This document shows positions 38,111-48,259 of a DNA stretch of 64,000 nt, one piece after another (within the stretch, counting starts at the first letter, position 1; each line of letters starts with the position of its first letter). The notes beneath the pieces are model-generated. The model did no database searches, was not told the origin of the DNA, and worked only from the letters and a program-made list of their open reading frames with translations. The position numbers and the translations under genes are program-made. The DNA is from an uncultured Chloroflexia bacterium (GTDB lineage Bacteria; Chloroflexota; Limnocylindria; Limnocylindrales; CSP1-4). The stretch lies in assembly GCA_963709605.1 (NCBI GenBank), contig CAVPWX010000013.1, positions 138,447 through 202,446 of the forward strand. The letters run 5' to 3'.

Positions 38111-39112
38111 TCAGGGCTCGAGGGCAACCGGCGGCGATGCGACCCGCTTCCGGAAGACCCAGTAGGTCCAGCCCTGGTAGACCAGGACGATGGGGGTGAA
38201 GATCACCGCCACCACGGTCATGATCGTGAGGGTGTACGTCGTCGACGACGCGTTCGTGATCGTGAGGCTGAAGGCCGGGTCCGTCGAGGACGGCATCACC
38301 TCGGGGAAGAGGGCGGCGAACAGGCTCACGACGGCCAGCGCGATCGCCGCGGCCGTCCCCATGAAGGCCCAGCCCTCGCGCTTGAGCCGGTTGGCGACGA
38401 TGCCGCCGACGAAGGCGCCCGCGGCCAGGACGGCGGCCGCGATCGAGAGCGCGTCGCCCCGGATCGCCTGCGCCCAGGCCAGGAACGCGACGGCGGCGAG
38501 CGCCGTCGGCAGCCCGACGAGCCAGGCGGCACGGTTGGCGCGGTCCCGGATCACGCCCTCGGTCTTGAGGGCGAGGAAGACCGCCCCGTGGGTGACGAAC
38601 AGCAACAGCGTGGTCACCCCGGCGAGCAGCCCGAACGGGTTGAGGAGCGTGAAGAAGGTGCCCGTGAACTCCTTGTCCGCGTCGATCGGCACGCCCTGGA
38701 CGATGTTCCCGAAGGCGACGCCCCACAGGAGCGCGGGGACGAACGAGCCGATCGCGATCGCCCAGTCCCAGCGGGTCCGCCACGTCACGCTCGCCCGCTT
38801 GTTGCGGTACTCGATCGCGATCCCCCGGAAGATGAGCGCCAGCAGGATCGCGAAGAGCGCGATGTAGAAGCCCGAGAAGAGCGTCGCGTACCACTCCGGG
38901 AAGGCGGCGAACGTCGCGCCGCCGGCGACGAGGAGCCAGACCTCGTTGCCGTCCCAGACCGGGCCGATCGTGCGCAGCATCGCCCGCCGCTCGGGCTCGT
39001 TGCGGCCGATGAACGGGAGCAGGATGCCGACCCCGAAGTCGAAGCCCTCCAGGACGAAGTAGCCGATCCAGAGGACGGCGATGAGGATGAACCAGATCGT
39101 CGGGAGATCCAT
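38111..39112 (-). CDS. cydB: cytochrome bd ubiquinol/menaquinol oxidase subunit II
   Basis: MDLPTIWFILIAVLWIGYFVLEGFDFGVG...GPVWDGNEVWL is the canonical CydB N-terminus. ATG at 39112 is preferred to the longer track ORF. Confidence 0.9.
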   Translation of the reverse strand: MDLPTIWFILIAVLWIGYFVLEGFDFGVGILLPFIGRNEPERRAMLRTIGPVWDGNEVWLLVAGGATFAAFPEWYATLFSGFYIALFAILLALIFRGIAIEYRNKRASVTWRTRWDWAIAIGSFVPALLWGVAFGNIVQGVPIDADKEFTGTFFTLLNPFGLLAGVTTLLLFVTHGAVFLALKTEGVIRDRANRAAWLVGLPTALAAVAFLAWAQAIRGDALSIAAAVLAAGAFVGGIVANRLKREGWAFMGTAAAIALAVVSLFAALFPEVMPSSTDPAFSLTITNASSTTYTLTIMTVVAVIFTPIVLVYQGWTYWVFRKRVASPPVALEP

Positions 39113-39122
39113 CACGGCCCCC

Positions 39123-40523
39123 TCAGTACCCGAGCGCGAGCGACGGCTCGCCCTCGCCGTGGACACCGGCCTCCGCGTCCGCCTCCGGGAGGCCCAGCCT
39201 GATCTGGCGCAGGAGCAGCCCGACCTCGACGATCGCGAGGACGCCGTAGACCACGGTGAAGCCGACGAGCGTGATCGCCACGGCGTACCACGGGTTCGAC
39301 GGCGAGACGCCCAGCGGCGTCGTCATCAGCCCCCACACGATCCAGGGCTGGCGGCCCATCTCGGTGAAGATCCAGCCGATCGAGTTCGCGGCGATCGGCA
39401 GGAACGGCAGCAGGATCGCCACCGCGACCATGCCCCGCGAAGGCATCCGCTCCTTGCGCATCCGCCACAGGAACCAGGCCGCGGCGGCCGCGGCCAGGAA
39501 CCCGGCGCCGATCATGAGGCGGAACGACCAGTAGGCGACCGGGATGTTCGGCGTCCAGTCCCCCGGCCCGAACTGCTCCTCGTACTGGGCCTGGAGATCG
39601 TTGATCCCCTCCACCTTGCCGTTGGGGTCGCCGGTCGCCATGAACGAGAGCAGGTACGGGATCCGGATCGAGAAGACCTCCTCCGTCCCGTCGAGCGAGC
39701 CGATCGTGAGGATCGAGAAGGAGGCCGGCTGGGACGTCTCCCAGAGGGCCTCGGCCGCCGCCATCTTCATCGGCTGGACGTCGGTCATGATCCGGGCCTG
39801 GAGGTCGCCTGTGACGGTCACGAGGAGGCCGGAGACGACGAGCATCCAGGCGCCCACCTTCGTCGCGGTGCGGAAGGCCGGCCGGTCCGTGTCGGGGTGC
39901 CGCAGGAGCCGCCACATCGCGATCCCGGCCACGAACGCGCCGCCGGTCATGAAGGCGGCAGGGATCGTGTGGGCGAAGGTGATGAGCGCGACGGGCGAGG
40001 TCAGGACCGCCACGATGTCGTTCAGCTCGGCCCGCCCGGCCGCCTCGTTGAACGTGTAGCCGACCGGGTACTGCATCCAGGAGTTCGCGGCGAGGATGAA
40101 GTAGGCGGACAGGACCGTCCCGATGGCGGCGATCCAGATCGTGGCCAGGTGGACCCCCTTCGAGAGGCGATCCCAGCCGAAGATCCAGAGGCCCAGGAAC
40201 GTCGACTCCAGGAAGAAGGCGAGGAGGCCCTCGATCGCCAGCGGGGCCCCGAAGATGTCGCCGACGAAGCGGCTGTAGTCGCTCCAGTTCATCCCGAACT
40301 GGAACTCCTGGACGATCCCGGTCACCACGCCGATGGCGAAGTTGATGAGGAAGAGCTTCCCGAAGAACCGCGTCAGGCGCAGGTACTTCTCGTTCCCGCT
40401 GCGGTACCAGGCCGTCTGGAAGCCGGCCACGGTGAAGGCGAGGGAGATCGTGAGCGGGACGAACAGGAAGTGGTAGACGGTCGTGATGCCGAACTGCCAC
40501 CGGGCCAGCAACAGGGGATCCAC
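39123..40523 (-). CDS. cydA: cytochrome bd oxidase subunit I
   Basis: LARWQFGITTVYHFLFVPLTI...GIVQEFQFGMNWS...APLAIEGLLAFFLES are canonical CydA motifs. Confidence 0.9.
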   Translation of the reverse strand: MDPLLLARWQFGITTVYHFLFVPLTISLAFTVAGFQTAWYRSGNEKYLRLTRFFGKLFLINFAIGVVTGIVQEFQFGMNWSDYSRFVGDIFGAPLAIEGLLAFFLESTFLGLWIFGWDRLSKGVHLATIWIAAIGTVLSAYFILAANSWMQYPVGYTFNEAAGRAELNDIVAVLTSPVALITFAHTIPAAFMTGGAFVAGIAMWRLLRHPDTDRPAFRTATKVGAWMLVVSGLLVTVTGDLQARIMTDVQPMKMAAAEALWETSQPASFSILTIGSLDGTEEVFSIRIPYLLSFMATGDPNGKVEGINDLQAQYEEQFGPGDWTPNIPVAYWSFRLMIGAGFLAAAAAAWFLWRMRKERMPSRGMVAVAILLPFLPIAANSIGWIFTEMGRQPWIVWGLMTTPLGVSPSNPWYAVAITLVGFTVVYGVLAIVEVGLLLRQIRLGLPEADAEAGVHGEGEPSLALGY

Positions 40524-40686
40524 GGCGCGGCGTCCTCCAGCGGGGTCTCGGGACCACCCCGCAGCGTGGGCGAACCTCCTGCAGCGCCGGATCGGCCGAA
40601 CGTCCCGTTCCCGGGTGCCCTGTGGCCGGCTTTACGAGACCGAGTCTCAAATCGCGGCGCCGCCCCCACCCACGAGCGGCGGCTCA

Positions 40687-41286
40687 TCAGGCGGACGCCA
40701 CCGCCCCGCCCTCGATGAGGGCCATCGCCCTCTCCACCACCAGGGGCACGGCCGCCGCCACGGGAGCGGTCATCGCACCGCCGACGGTCGTGCAGTCGCC
40801 GGCCTCGACGGCGAGGATGTCGACGTCCGACGGCACCTCGAGGCCGAGGCCGCGGGCCAGCTCGAGCGTCTCGAAGAGGCCGATGTAGTGGGGCGAGCCG
40901 CCGGGAGCGCCGACGAGGTCTCCCTCCTTCAGCTCGAGCACGGTGCCGGGGTCCACGGAGCCGGTCACGATCGTGTCGACCACGATGAGCCGGGAAGCCC
41001 CCAGCACCGCCTCGAGCAGGTACATGCCGGTGAGCGCGGTCTCCAGCACCTCGACGGTCCCGGCCCGCGGATGCTCGAAGGCCGTCACGGTCATCGCCGA
41101 GTCGGGCGATGGCCCGGACGGCGCCGGCGTGCCGGCGACGGCGAGGCGCCGGCACAGCCCGCGGGCCGCGAGAATGCCCATGGCGTCGTCCGCGATGAGC
41201 TCGTTGCCGAGACCGAGCACCCGGACGGGCCCGGCAGCAGCGCCGCCGGGCCGGACCCGCCCGTCAGTCGCGGTGGAGACTGCCAT
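40687..41286 (-). CDS. [NiFe]-hydrogenase maturation endopeptidase (HycI/HoxW/FrhD family)
   Basis: VRVLGLGNELIADDAMG and ...VVDT....PG are typical of hydrogenase maturation proteases. It overlaps the 3' end of the large-subunit gene. Confidence 0.8.
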   Translation of the reverse strand: MAVSTATDGRVRPGGAAAGPVRVLGLGNELIADDAMGILAARGLCRRLAVAGTPAPSGPSPDSAMTVTAFEHPRAGTVEVLETALTGMYLLEAVLGASRLIVVDTIVTGSVDPGTVLELKEGDLVGAPGGSPHYIGLFETLELARGLGLEVPSDVDILAVEAGDCTTVGGAMTAPVAAAVPLVVERAMALIEGGAVASA

Positions 41287-42818
41287 CGGCGTCGCGGCGC
41301 AGCTGCGACATCTCCCGGCCGTCGGACCCGCGCACCGTCAGCACCAGCGGCATGCTCCCCGGGAGGGAGTGGGTGGCGCAGGCGTGGCAGGGGTCGTAGG
41401 CGCGGAAGGCCATCTCCACCTTGTTGAGGATGCCCTCCGACACGATCCCCTTCGAGATCAGCCCCTTGGCCGCCTTCTCCACGCTCATCGCCATGCGCGC
41501 GGAGTTGTTCTGGGTGGCCACGATCAGGTTGGCCTTCTCGATGATCCCGCGCGAGTCGGTGACGTAGTGGTGGAACAGCGTTCCCCGCGGCGCCTCCACC
41601 ACCCCGACGCCCTCGCGCGGCGTCGCGGTGGGGAGGGTGCGCACGTTGGGGTCGATGAGCTCCGGGTCGTCGGCCAGCTCCTTGAGCCGCTCCGTGGCGT
41701 AGAGCAGCTCCACCACCCTGGCCCAGTGGTTGGCCAGGGTGTGGTGCACGGGCTTGCCGCCCAGGGTCGCGTACAGCTCCTCGTAGGCTTCCTGGGCCAG
41801 GGGGGTCGCCATCCCGTCGGCAGCGTTGAGCCGGGCCAGGGGAGCCACCGAGTAGATGCCGCTCTCCGCGCCGTCGGTGAAGCCGTGCCAGCCCAGCGGC
41901 TTCAGGTAGCAGAACTTGACGTAGGACCAGGGCTCGACGTGCTCGGCCACGAAGTCGAGGTAGTCGGCCGCCGGGAAGGTCGCGTACTCCGCTCCCTCGG
42001 GGCTGACGACGCGGATCCGCCCGTCGTAGAAGTTGGGCCGGTTCCGCTCGTCCATGAGCCCCATGTAGTAGGTCCGGTGGGTGAAGGCGTCGGAGACGAT
42101 GAGGTCGACGTACGCCGGGTTCGCCAGCACCACCGAGCGGAAGGTGTCGAGGGTGAAGCGGGCGAACTCCACGGCGTCGTTGGCCGTCTCCCTGTATCTG
42201 CGCCTGCTGCTCCGCGGTGACCCGCTTCGCCACGCCGCCGGGGAGGCCGAGGACGGGATGGATGACCTTCCCGCCCGTGAGGGTGATGATCTCCCGGATG
42301 CGGCGGCGCATGGTGATGACCCGCAGCCCGACCTCCTGGCCCACCGTGGCGATGACGCCCAGGATGTTGCGCTGGGCCGCCGGCGCCTCGGGGCCCACCA
42401 CGAAGTCGGGGCCGCCGAGGAAGTAGAAGTGGAGGGCGTGGTCCTCGGCCATGAACGCCGAGTAGACCAGCTCCCGGATCTTCTTGGCCGCCGGCGGCGG
42501 GTCGACCTTGTAGAGGGCGTCGAGCGCCTTGGTGCCGGCCATGTGGTGCGCCGTGGGGCAGACGCCGCAGATGCGCGAGGTGATCTGCGGCATGTCCTCG
42601 GCCGGGCGGCCCTCGGCGAACTTCTCGAAGCCGCGCAGCTCCGGGACCTGGAAGTAGGCCCGATCCACGTCCCCCGCGTCGTCGAGGAAGATGTCGATCT
42701 TGCCGTGCCCCTCGAGGCGGGTGATGGGATCGATGGTGATGCGGCGGCGGGCGTAGGCGGCCTGGGCCCCCTGCGAGCCCCGGCTCCACGCCTCCTGGGC
42801 GGCCATCTCGTCGGACAT
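41264..42818 (-). pseudogene. [NiFe]-hydrogenase large subunit, group 3 (MvhA-like), frame-shifted at about 42190
   Basis: The N-terminal half (ITRLEGHGKI..., L1 motif RICGVCPTAHH) is in the 41091..42818 frame. The C-terminal half (...EAPRGTLFHHY..., L2 motif DPCHACATH plus a cleavable tail) is in the 41264..43780 frame. The junction reads AEQQAQIQ/ETANDAVEF at CAGGGAG. Total length is 3n+1. Confidence 0.8.
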
Positions 42819-42831
42819 GTGTCGGGGCTCC

Positions 42832-43812
42832 TCAGGCGTCGACGGGAGTCATCTTGCGCCGGCGCAGCAGCGAGCCTGCCAGGCCGTAGCGGTAGAAGGT
42901 GCCGATGGGGTCGGGGATGCTGTCGAGGGCCGTCTCGATGGCCTCGTCGTCGAGCGCCGTGAGCATCGAGCCGAGGGCCGACAGGTACTTGCCGCCCTGG
43001 TCGTGCACCTTGCTGGTGGGCCCGAAGCAGCCGGTGCAGGGCATGTTGCCCCTGATGCACTGCTGGCCGCACCCGGCCCGGGTGGCCGGCCCCATGCACA
43101 GCAGCCCCTGGGCCAGCAGGCAGGTGTCCTCGTCGATGAGGATCTCGTGGGGGCGGTAGAAGCGCTCCAGGCTGAGGTCCTGCGGCTTGGTGTCGAGGCG
43201 GGGGCACTCCTCGCAGAGGGCGATGTCCGGCGTCAGCACCGTCCCCGCAGGGGGCAGGTCGCCGCTCAGCAGGGTCGCGACCGCCCCGGCGATCACGTTC
43301 GGCGTGGGCGCGCAGCCCGGGATGTAGTAGTCGACCGAGGTGACCTGGTCGAGGGCCCGGACCGTGTCGTAGAAGCCGGGCAGGGTGACAAAGGTGCCGT
43401 TGTGGGGCGTGGCCTCGAGGGGGATCACCCCGTCGGGGTTGACGGTGGACGGGGACGTCAAGTACGCGGTCGCAAAGATGGCTTCCCGGTCCCACAGGTT
43501 GGCCAGGGCGGGGATCCCGCCCAGGTGGGCGCAGGAGCCGAAGGCAACCAGCACCTTCGCCTTGCGCCGCAGCAGGTGGGCCATCTCCTCCTGCTCGGTG
43601 GTGCGGATGGCCCCGTTCACGAAGGCGGCCAGGATGGACCCATCCTCCATGGCCTCGACGTCGGCCTTCTTGAAGTCGAGGGCCACCGGCCAGAACACGA
43701 TGTCCACGGCGGCCACCACGTCGAGGATCTTCTCGGCGAGGTCGACCACCGCCTCTTCGCAGCCCCCGCAGGAGGAGCACCAGTAGAAGGCGACCTTGGG
43801 CTTGTCGCTCAT
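42832..43812 (-). CDS. [NiFe]-hydrogenase small subunit, group 3 (MvhG-like)
   Basis: KVAFYWCSSCGGCEE (proximal cluster), GSCAHLGGIP, and C-terminal Cys clusters (CEECP, CMGPATRAGCG..C...CTGC). ATGA overlap with mvhD. Confidence 0.85.
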   Translation of the reverse strand: MSDKPKVAFYWCSSCGGCEEAVVDLAEKILDVVAAVDIVFWPVALDFKKADVEAMEDGSILAAFVNGAIRTTEQEEMAHLLRRKAKVLVAFGSCAHLGGIPALANLWDREAIFATAYLTSPSTVNPDGVIPLEATPHNGTFVTLPGFYDTVRALDQVTSVDYYIPGCAPTPNVIAGAVATLLSGDLPPAGTVLTPDIALCEECPRLDTKPQDLSLERFYRPHEILIDEDTCLLAQGLLCMGPATRAGCGQQCIRGNMPCTGCFGPTSKVHDQGGKYLSALGSMLTALDDEAIETALDSIPDPIGTFYRYGLAGSLLRRRKMTPVDA

Positions 43813-44324
43813 GCCGTCACCTCCGCCAGCTCGGCGTCCGCGGGGATCTCCTCGGGGAGCTCCACGCTGAAGCCCTCCGGCGGCACCTCGAGGTGCAATG
43901 GCCCCAGCGCCGTCAGGCGGGCCACCATGTCGTTCATCACGTCGCGCAGCTTGTCGGCCTCGGCGGCGGAGATCCACTCCAGGCGGATGCGCTCCTCCTC
44001 GATCCCCATGCCCACCAGGACCCGCTGCAGCAGCCGGAAGCGGCGCAGCGCCTTGTGGTTGCCGGACTGGTAGTGGCAGTCGCCGAAGTGGCAGCCGCCG
44101 ACGAGGACCCCGTCGGCGCCGTTGGCGAACGCCTCCATGACGAACTGGGGATCCACCCGTCCGGAGCACATGACCCGGATGACCCGCGCGTTCGGCGCGT
44201 ACTTCATGCGGGAGGTGCCGGCCAGGTCGGCCGCCAGGTAGGTGCACCAGTTGCAGAAGAAGGCGACGATCTTCGGCTCCCAGCCGTCGGCGCTCTCCTG
44301 CGGCTTCGCGGTCGGCTCAGGCAT
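43809..44324 (-). CDS. mvhD: methyl-viologen-reducing hydrogenase delta subunit (MvhD) family protein
   Basis: IVAFFCNWCTY...VMCSGRVDP...GADGVLVGGCHFGDCHY is the MvhD [2Fe-2S] pattern. Confidence 0.85.
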   Translation of the reverse strand: MPEPTAKPQESADGWEPKIVAFFCNWCTYLAADLAGTSRMKYAPNARVIRVMCSGRVDPQFVMEAFANGADGVLVGGCHFGDCHYQSGNHKALRRFRLLQRVLVGMGIEEERIRLEWISAAEADKLRDVMNDMVARLTALGPLHLEVPPEGFSVELPEEIPADAELAEVTA

Positions 44325-46308
44325 GGGCCAGCACCCCCAGGATCTCCTCGTAGATCTCTTCGTCTTCGAACAGGTTCTGCCGGATGGACCCGGACGGGCA
44401 GGCGGCCACGCAGGTGCCGCAGCCCTTGCAGAGCACCGGGTTGATCTGGGCCTTGCCGTCCACCCGCGTGATGGCGGTGTACGGGCAGAGCGGGATGCAG
44501 GTCTTGCAGCCCGAGCACTCCTCGGCCACCACGTAGGCGGTGTTCGGCTCCATCTCGACGTAGCCCTTGTCGATCAGGGCCAGGGCCTCGGCGGCGGCGG
44601 CCCCGGCCTGGGCCACGGTGTCCGGGATGTCCTTGGGGCCCTGGCAGGCGCCGGCGAGGTAGATGCCGTCGGTGAACGTGCTCACCGGGGCCAGCTTCGG
44701 GTGGCGCTCCATGAAGAAGCCACCCCCGGCGCAGGTGATGTTGAAGATGCGGCGCACGTCCTCGGCGTCGGCCTGGGGCTCCAGGCCGGTGGCCAGGACC
44801 ACCATGTCCACCGGGATCTTGCGCACCCGGCCGAGCAGCGTGTCCTCGGCCTGGAGGACCACCCGCCCGGTGTTGCCGGCCTCCGGGTACACGTCGGCCA
44901 CCTTGCCCCGGATGAAGTGGACCCCCTCCTCGGCGACCCGGTTGTAGAACTCCTCCATGCCCTTCCCGGCGGCCCGGATGTCGATGTAGAAGTTGTAGAT
45001 CTCCGCCCCGGTCTTCTCCTTGACCAGGTGGGCCAGCTTGAGGGAGTACATGCAGCAGACGCGGGAACAGTGCTCGTTGGTGTTGACGTCCCGGCTGCCG
45101 ATGCAGTGGAGAATCCCCACTGTCTCCGGCGTGCGCCCGTCGCGAAGGGTGACGTGCCCCTCGGTGGGCCCCGAAGAGTTCACCAGCCGCTCCAGCTCCA
45201 TGCTCGTGTACACGTTCGGGTAGACCCCGTAGCCGTACGACGGGGTCCGCTTGGGGTCGAAGGTCTTGAAGCCCGTGGCGAGGATCACTGCGCCGACGTC
45301 GACCGTGTCGATGGTTTCGGTCTGCGTGAAGTCGATGGCGTTGCGGTCGGCGCAGGCCTCGACGCAGGTCTTCTTGCAGCGTCCGGACTTGAACTCGATG
45401 CAGGCCTCCTGGTCGATGACCACCAGCTGGGGCACCGCCTGGGGGAAGGGGATGTAGACCGGCTTGCGCATGTTCAGGCCGAGGTTGAACACGTCGGGGG
45501 TCTTGCCCACCTTGTAGACGCAGGCCTCGATGCACTCCAGGCAGCCGACGCAGGCGTCCTCGACGATGAAGCGGGGCTTGTGACGGACCGTCGCCGTGTA
45601 GTTGCCGACGTAGCCATCGACCCTGTCGACCTCGGCCATGGTCCACAGGGTGATGTTGGGATTGGATCGCACCTCCGTCATCTTCGGGGTGAGGATGCAG
45701 GCGGCGCAGTCGAGGGTGGGGAAGGTCTTGTCGAACTGGGCCATGTGCCCGCCGATGGACGGCTCCCGCTCCACGAGGTAGACGTGCTTGCCCGCGTTGG
45801 CCATGGTCAGCGCGGCGTGGATGCCGGCGATACCGCCGCCCACCACCATGACCGCCGGGTTGACCGGGACCCGCGACCGCTCCAGCGGCTTGTGGAACCG
45901 GACCCGGTGGACCGCCGCGCGGATGAGGTCGTTGGCCTTGGCGGTCGCCTCGGCGCGATCCGTGTGCACCCAGGAGTCCTGTTCCCGGATGTTCACCATC
46001 TGGAAGTAGTAGGGGTTGATGCCACCCTCGGCGGTGGCGCGACGGAAGGTTGCCTCGTGCAGGCTGGGAGAGCAGGAGGCGACGACGACCCGCTCCAGGC
46101 CGCTGGCCTGGATGTCCTCCTTGATCAGCTCCTGGCCGGGGTCGGAGCACATGTACTTGTAGGCCCGGGCCACCGTCACCCCCGGGAGGCCTGCGGCATA
46201 GTCCCGCACCGCCTCGACGTCGACCGTCGCGGCGATGTTGGTGCCGCAGTGACAGACGTAGACCCCGATCTTCGGCTGGCCGTTGCCGCTCCTGTCGGCC
46301 GGGTTCAT
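44317..46308 (-). CDS. hdrA: heterodisulfide reductase subunit A-like FAD/FeS protein
   Basis: N-terminal Cys domain (VCHCGTNI...), FAD fold (VVGGGIAGIHAA), an inserted and a C-terminal ferredoxin domain (CSGCKTCIPLCP, CKGCGTCVAACP). 663 aa. Confidence 0.85.
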   Translation of the reverse strand: MNPADRSGNGQPKIGVYVCHCGTNIAATVDVEAVRDYAAGLPGVTVARAYKYMCSDPGQELIKEDIQASGLERVVVASCSPSLHEATFRRATAEGGINPYYFQMVNIREQDSWVHTDRAEATAKANDLIRAAVHRVRFHKPLERSRVPVNPAVMVVGGGIAGIHAALTMANAGKHVYLVEREPSIGGHMAQFDKTFPTLDCAACILTPKMTEVRSNPNITLWTMAEVDRVDGYVGNYTATVRHKPRFIVEDACVGCLECIEACVYKVGKTPDVFNLGLNMRKPVYIPFPQAVPQLVVIDQEACIEFKSGRCKKTCVEACADRNAIDFTQTETIDTVDVGAVILATGFKTFDPKRTPSYGYGVYPNVYTSMELERLVNSSGPTEGHVTLRDGRTPETVGILHCIGSRDVNTNEHCSRVCCMYSLKLAHLVKEKTGAEIYNFYIDIRAAGKGMEEFYNRVAEEGVHFIRGKVADVYPEAGNTGRVVLQAEDTLLGRVRKIPVDMVVLATGLEPQADAEDVRRIFNITCAGGGFFMERHPKLAPVSTFTDGIYLAGACQGPKDIPDTVAQAGAAAAEALALIDKGYVEMEPNTAYVVAEECSGCKTCIPLCPYTAITRVDGKAQINPVLCKGCGTCVAACPSGSIRQNLFEDEEIYEEILGVLAHA

Positions 46309-48254
46309 GTGTCGCTCCTCTGCGTCGCACCCACGGCGTCCCGCGTCACGCCGACGGCGTCCCGCGTCGCACCCATGGCGTCTTCCACCAGCTCAGCGAT
46401 GTCTCGCACCTCGAGCGTCCCTTCCAGCCCCGTCGTCTTCAGGGCGTCGCGGAACATGACCAGATCCTTGGGGCAGGCCACCACCATGGTGCCGACCCCC
46501 TGGAGACCCGCGGCCTCGCGCACGCGACTCTCCGCGGGGCGTTCGCCGGCCCCTGCGGCGTCCTCCATCCAGATCCGCCCGCCCCCGGCACCGCAGCAAT
46601 ACGCGGCCGACCGGTTGCGGGGCATCTCGACCAGGTCCAGGCCCAACCCCTCCAGCACGTGGCGCGGGGCGTCGTACACGCCGCCGTAGCGGCCGAGGTA
46701 GCAGGGGTCGTGGTAGGTGACCCTGCCGTTGCCGTTGGGGGAGACGGGCAGGCGGCCCGCGACGCCCAGGCCCTCGAGGACCTCGGTGTAGTGCTTCACC
46801 CTGCCGTCCAGCCCGTACTCGTGCTTGAGGACGTGGTAGGTGTGGGGATCGGTCGTGACGATGGCCTGGAACTGCCCGGTCTCGAGCGCCGCCAGGTTCT
46901 TGTCCCGCAGCATCTCGAAAAGGCCTTCCTCGCCGAGGCGCCGGACGTCGTTGCCGGCGTTCTGCTCCGCCTCGTAGAGGATCCCGAAGTCGAGCCCGGC
47001 CTCGCGGAAGACCCGCGCCGTCGCCCGGGTGACCTCCTGGACGCGCGGGTCGAACGACGCGTAGTCGCCGACGTACCAGAGGTACTCCACGGGCTCCTTG
47101 CGGGCGTCCTTGACCTCGAAGTCGAGCTCCCGCGTCCACTTCGGCCGGTTGCGGGGCGACTGGCCGAACGAGTTCCCGTAGCGGGTCATGCCCATGAGCA
47201 TGTCCTGGACGCCGGTCCCGACCTCCCCCTGGCCGATCAGGTGCCGGCGCATCTGCACGATGAGCGGAACGTGCTCGTTGAAGACCGGGCAGCGCTCCAT
47301 GCAGGCCATGCACGTGGTGCAAGCCCACACGGCCTCGGCGCCGACGGCATCGACGAGGCTCCCGTTGCCGTCGCGGCCGGAGGCCCGGCCCAGGACCAGG
47401 AGCTTCACGTCGTGGATGAGGTCCTGGGGCGAGAGGATCCCGCCGGCGGCGAACGCGGGGCAGGCCCGATCGCAGCGGCCGCACTCGGCGCACGAGAGGC
47501 CGTTGAAGAGCTCCCGCCAGGTGAACTCCTCCAGGCGCGCGGCACCCTCCGACGGCGGCGGCATCGCGCCGGGCTCCAGGGACGCGGTGAGGACGTTGAA
47601 CGGCGACGCCAGCAGGTGGAGGTGCTTGGAGTACGGCAGGTAGGCCAGGAAGCCCAGCACCGCCACCATGTGGATCCACCACATCGCCGTGTAGAGCGAT
47701 TCGGCCGCCGCCGCCGAGAGGCCGCCGAGCCCCTCCTTCGCCGCCTGGCCGACCAGGAAGGTCACCACGAGGAGGGTGATGAGGAGGAGGATGAGCCCGG
47801 CATCCCGCGACTGGGCCAGGCGCGGCGGAACGAGCACGTAGCGGCGGAGCGCCGCTCCCGCCAACGCCGCCAGGGTGGCCACGCTGAGGAGCACCATGGG
47901 GATGGTGAACAGGAGCACGTCGTCGGGGTACGGGATGGGGAGGAACGGGAGCAGGCCCCGCAGGAGGCTCCAGGCGAAGCTGACGGCGTAGAAGATGAAC
48001 GCCCAGAAGATGACGAGGTGGGCCAGCCCGACCCCGGGGTTGTCGAACATCCGGCGCTGGGCGGCCACGTTGACGACGACGCTCCAGAGGCGGCTCGGCA
48101 GCCGGTCCCAGCGCGCTTCCGGCTTCCCGTGGGCCACCGCCCGCAGGATCCGGTAGGCCCGCTGCCCGAACAGGACGAAGACGACCGCCGTCAGCGCCCA
48201 CAGGATGGCGACACCCGGGACGCCGAGGAGCGTCTGCGCGGTCGGGTCCGGCAT
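46305..48254 (-). CDS. membrane-anchored (Fe-S)/CCG-domain oxidoreductase, EtfD/DUF224-like (HdrE-HdrD-type fusion)
   Basis: About 5-6 N-terminal TM helices, then 2x[4Fe-4S] (CAECGRCDRACP, CTTCMACMERCP) and two CCG regions (..DPHTYH.., YCCGAGGG). ATGA overlap with hdrA and 5 nt from etfA. Confidence 0.8.
   Translation of the reverse strand: MPDPTAQTLLGVPGVAILWALTAVVFVLFGQRAYRILRAVAHGKPEARWDRLPSRLWSVVVNVAAQRRMFDNPGVGLAHLVIFWAFIFYAVSFAWSLLRGLLPFLPIPYPDDVLLFTIPMVLLSVATLAALAGAALRRYVLVPPRLAQSRDAGLILLLITLLVVTFLVGQAAKEGLGGLSAAAAESLYTAMWWIHMVAVLGFLAYLPYSKHLHLLASPFNVLTASLEPGAMPPPSEGAARLEEFTWRELFNGLSCAECGRCDRACPAFAAGGILSPQDLIHDVKLLVLGRASGRDGNGSLVDAVGAEAVWACTTCMACMERCPVFNEHVPLIVQMRRHLIGQGEVGTGVQDMLMGMTRYGNSFGQSPRNRPKWTRELDFEVKDARKEPVEYLWYVGDYASFDPRVQEVTRATARVFREAGLDFGILYEAEQNAGNDVRRLGEEGLFEMLRDKNLAALETGQFQAIVTTDPHTYHVLKHEYGLDGRVKHYTEVLEGLGVAGRLPVSPNGNGRVTYHDPCYLGRYGGVYDAPRHVLEGLGLDLVEMPRNRSAAYCCGAGGGRIWMEDAAGAGERPAESRVREAAGLQGVGTMVVACPKDLVMFRDALKTTGLEGTLEVRDIAELVEDAMGATRDAVGVTRDAVGATQRSDT
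46317..46379 (-). repeat. 21-bp imperfect tandem repeat x3 in the 3' end of the EtfD-like gene
   Basis: Units at 46359-46379, 46338-46358 and 46317-46337 encode AMGATRD / AVGVTRD / AVGATQR. Confidence 0.7.
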
Positions 48255-48259
48255 CGGCG

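Noticed and set aside
40524-40686. A regulator operator (for example a Rex-like TTGTGA-N6-TCACAA) or terminator between the hydrogenase protease gene and cydA.
   Set aside because: No convincing palindrome or hairpin with a U-tract was found by eye. It is left unannotated.
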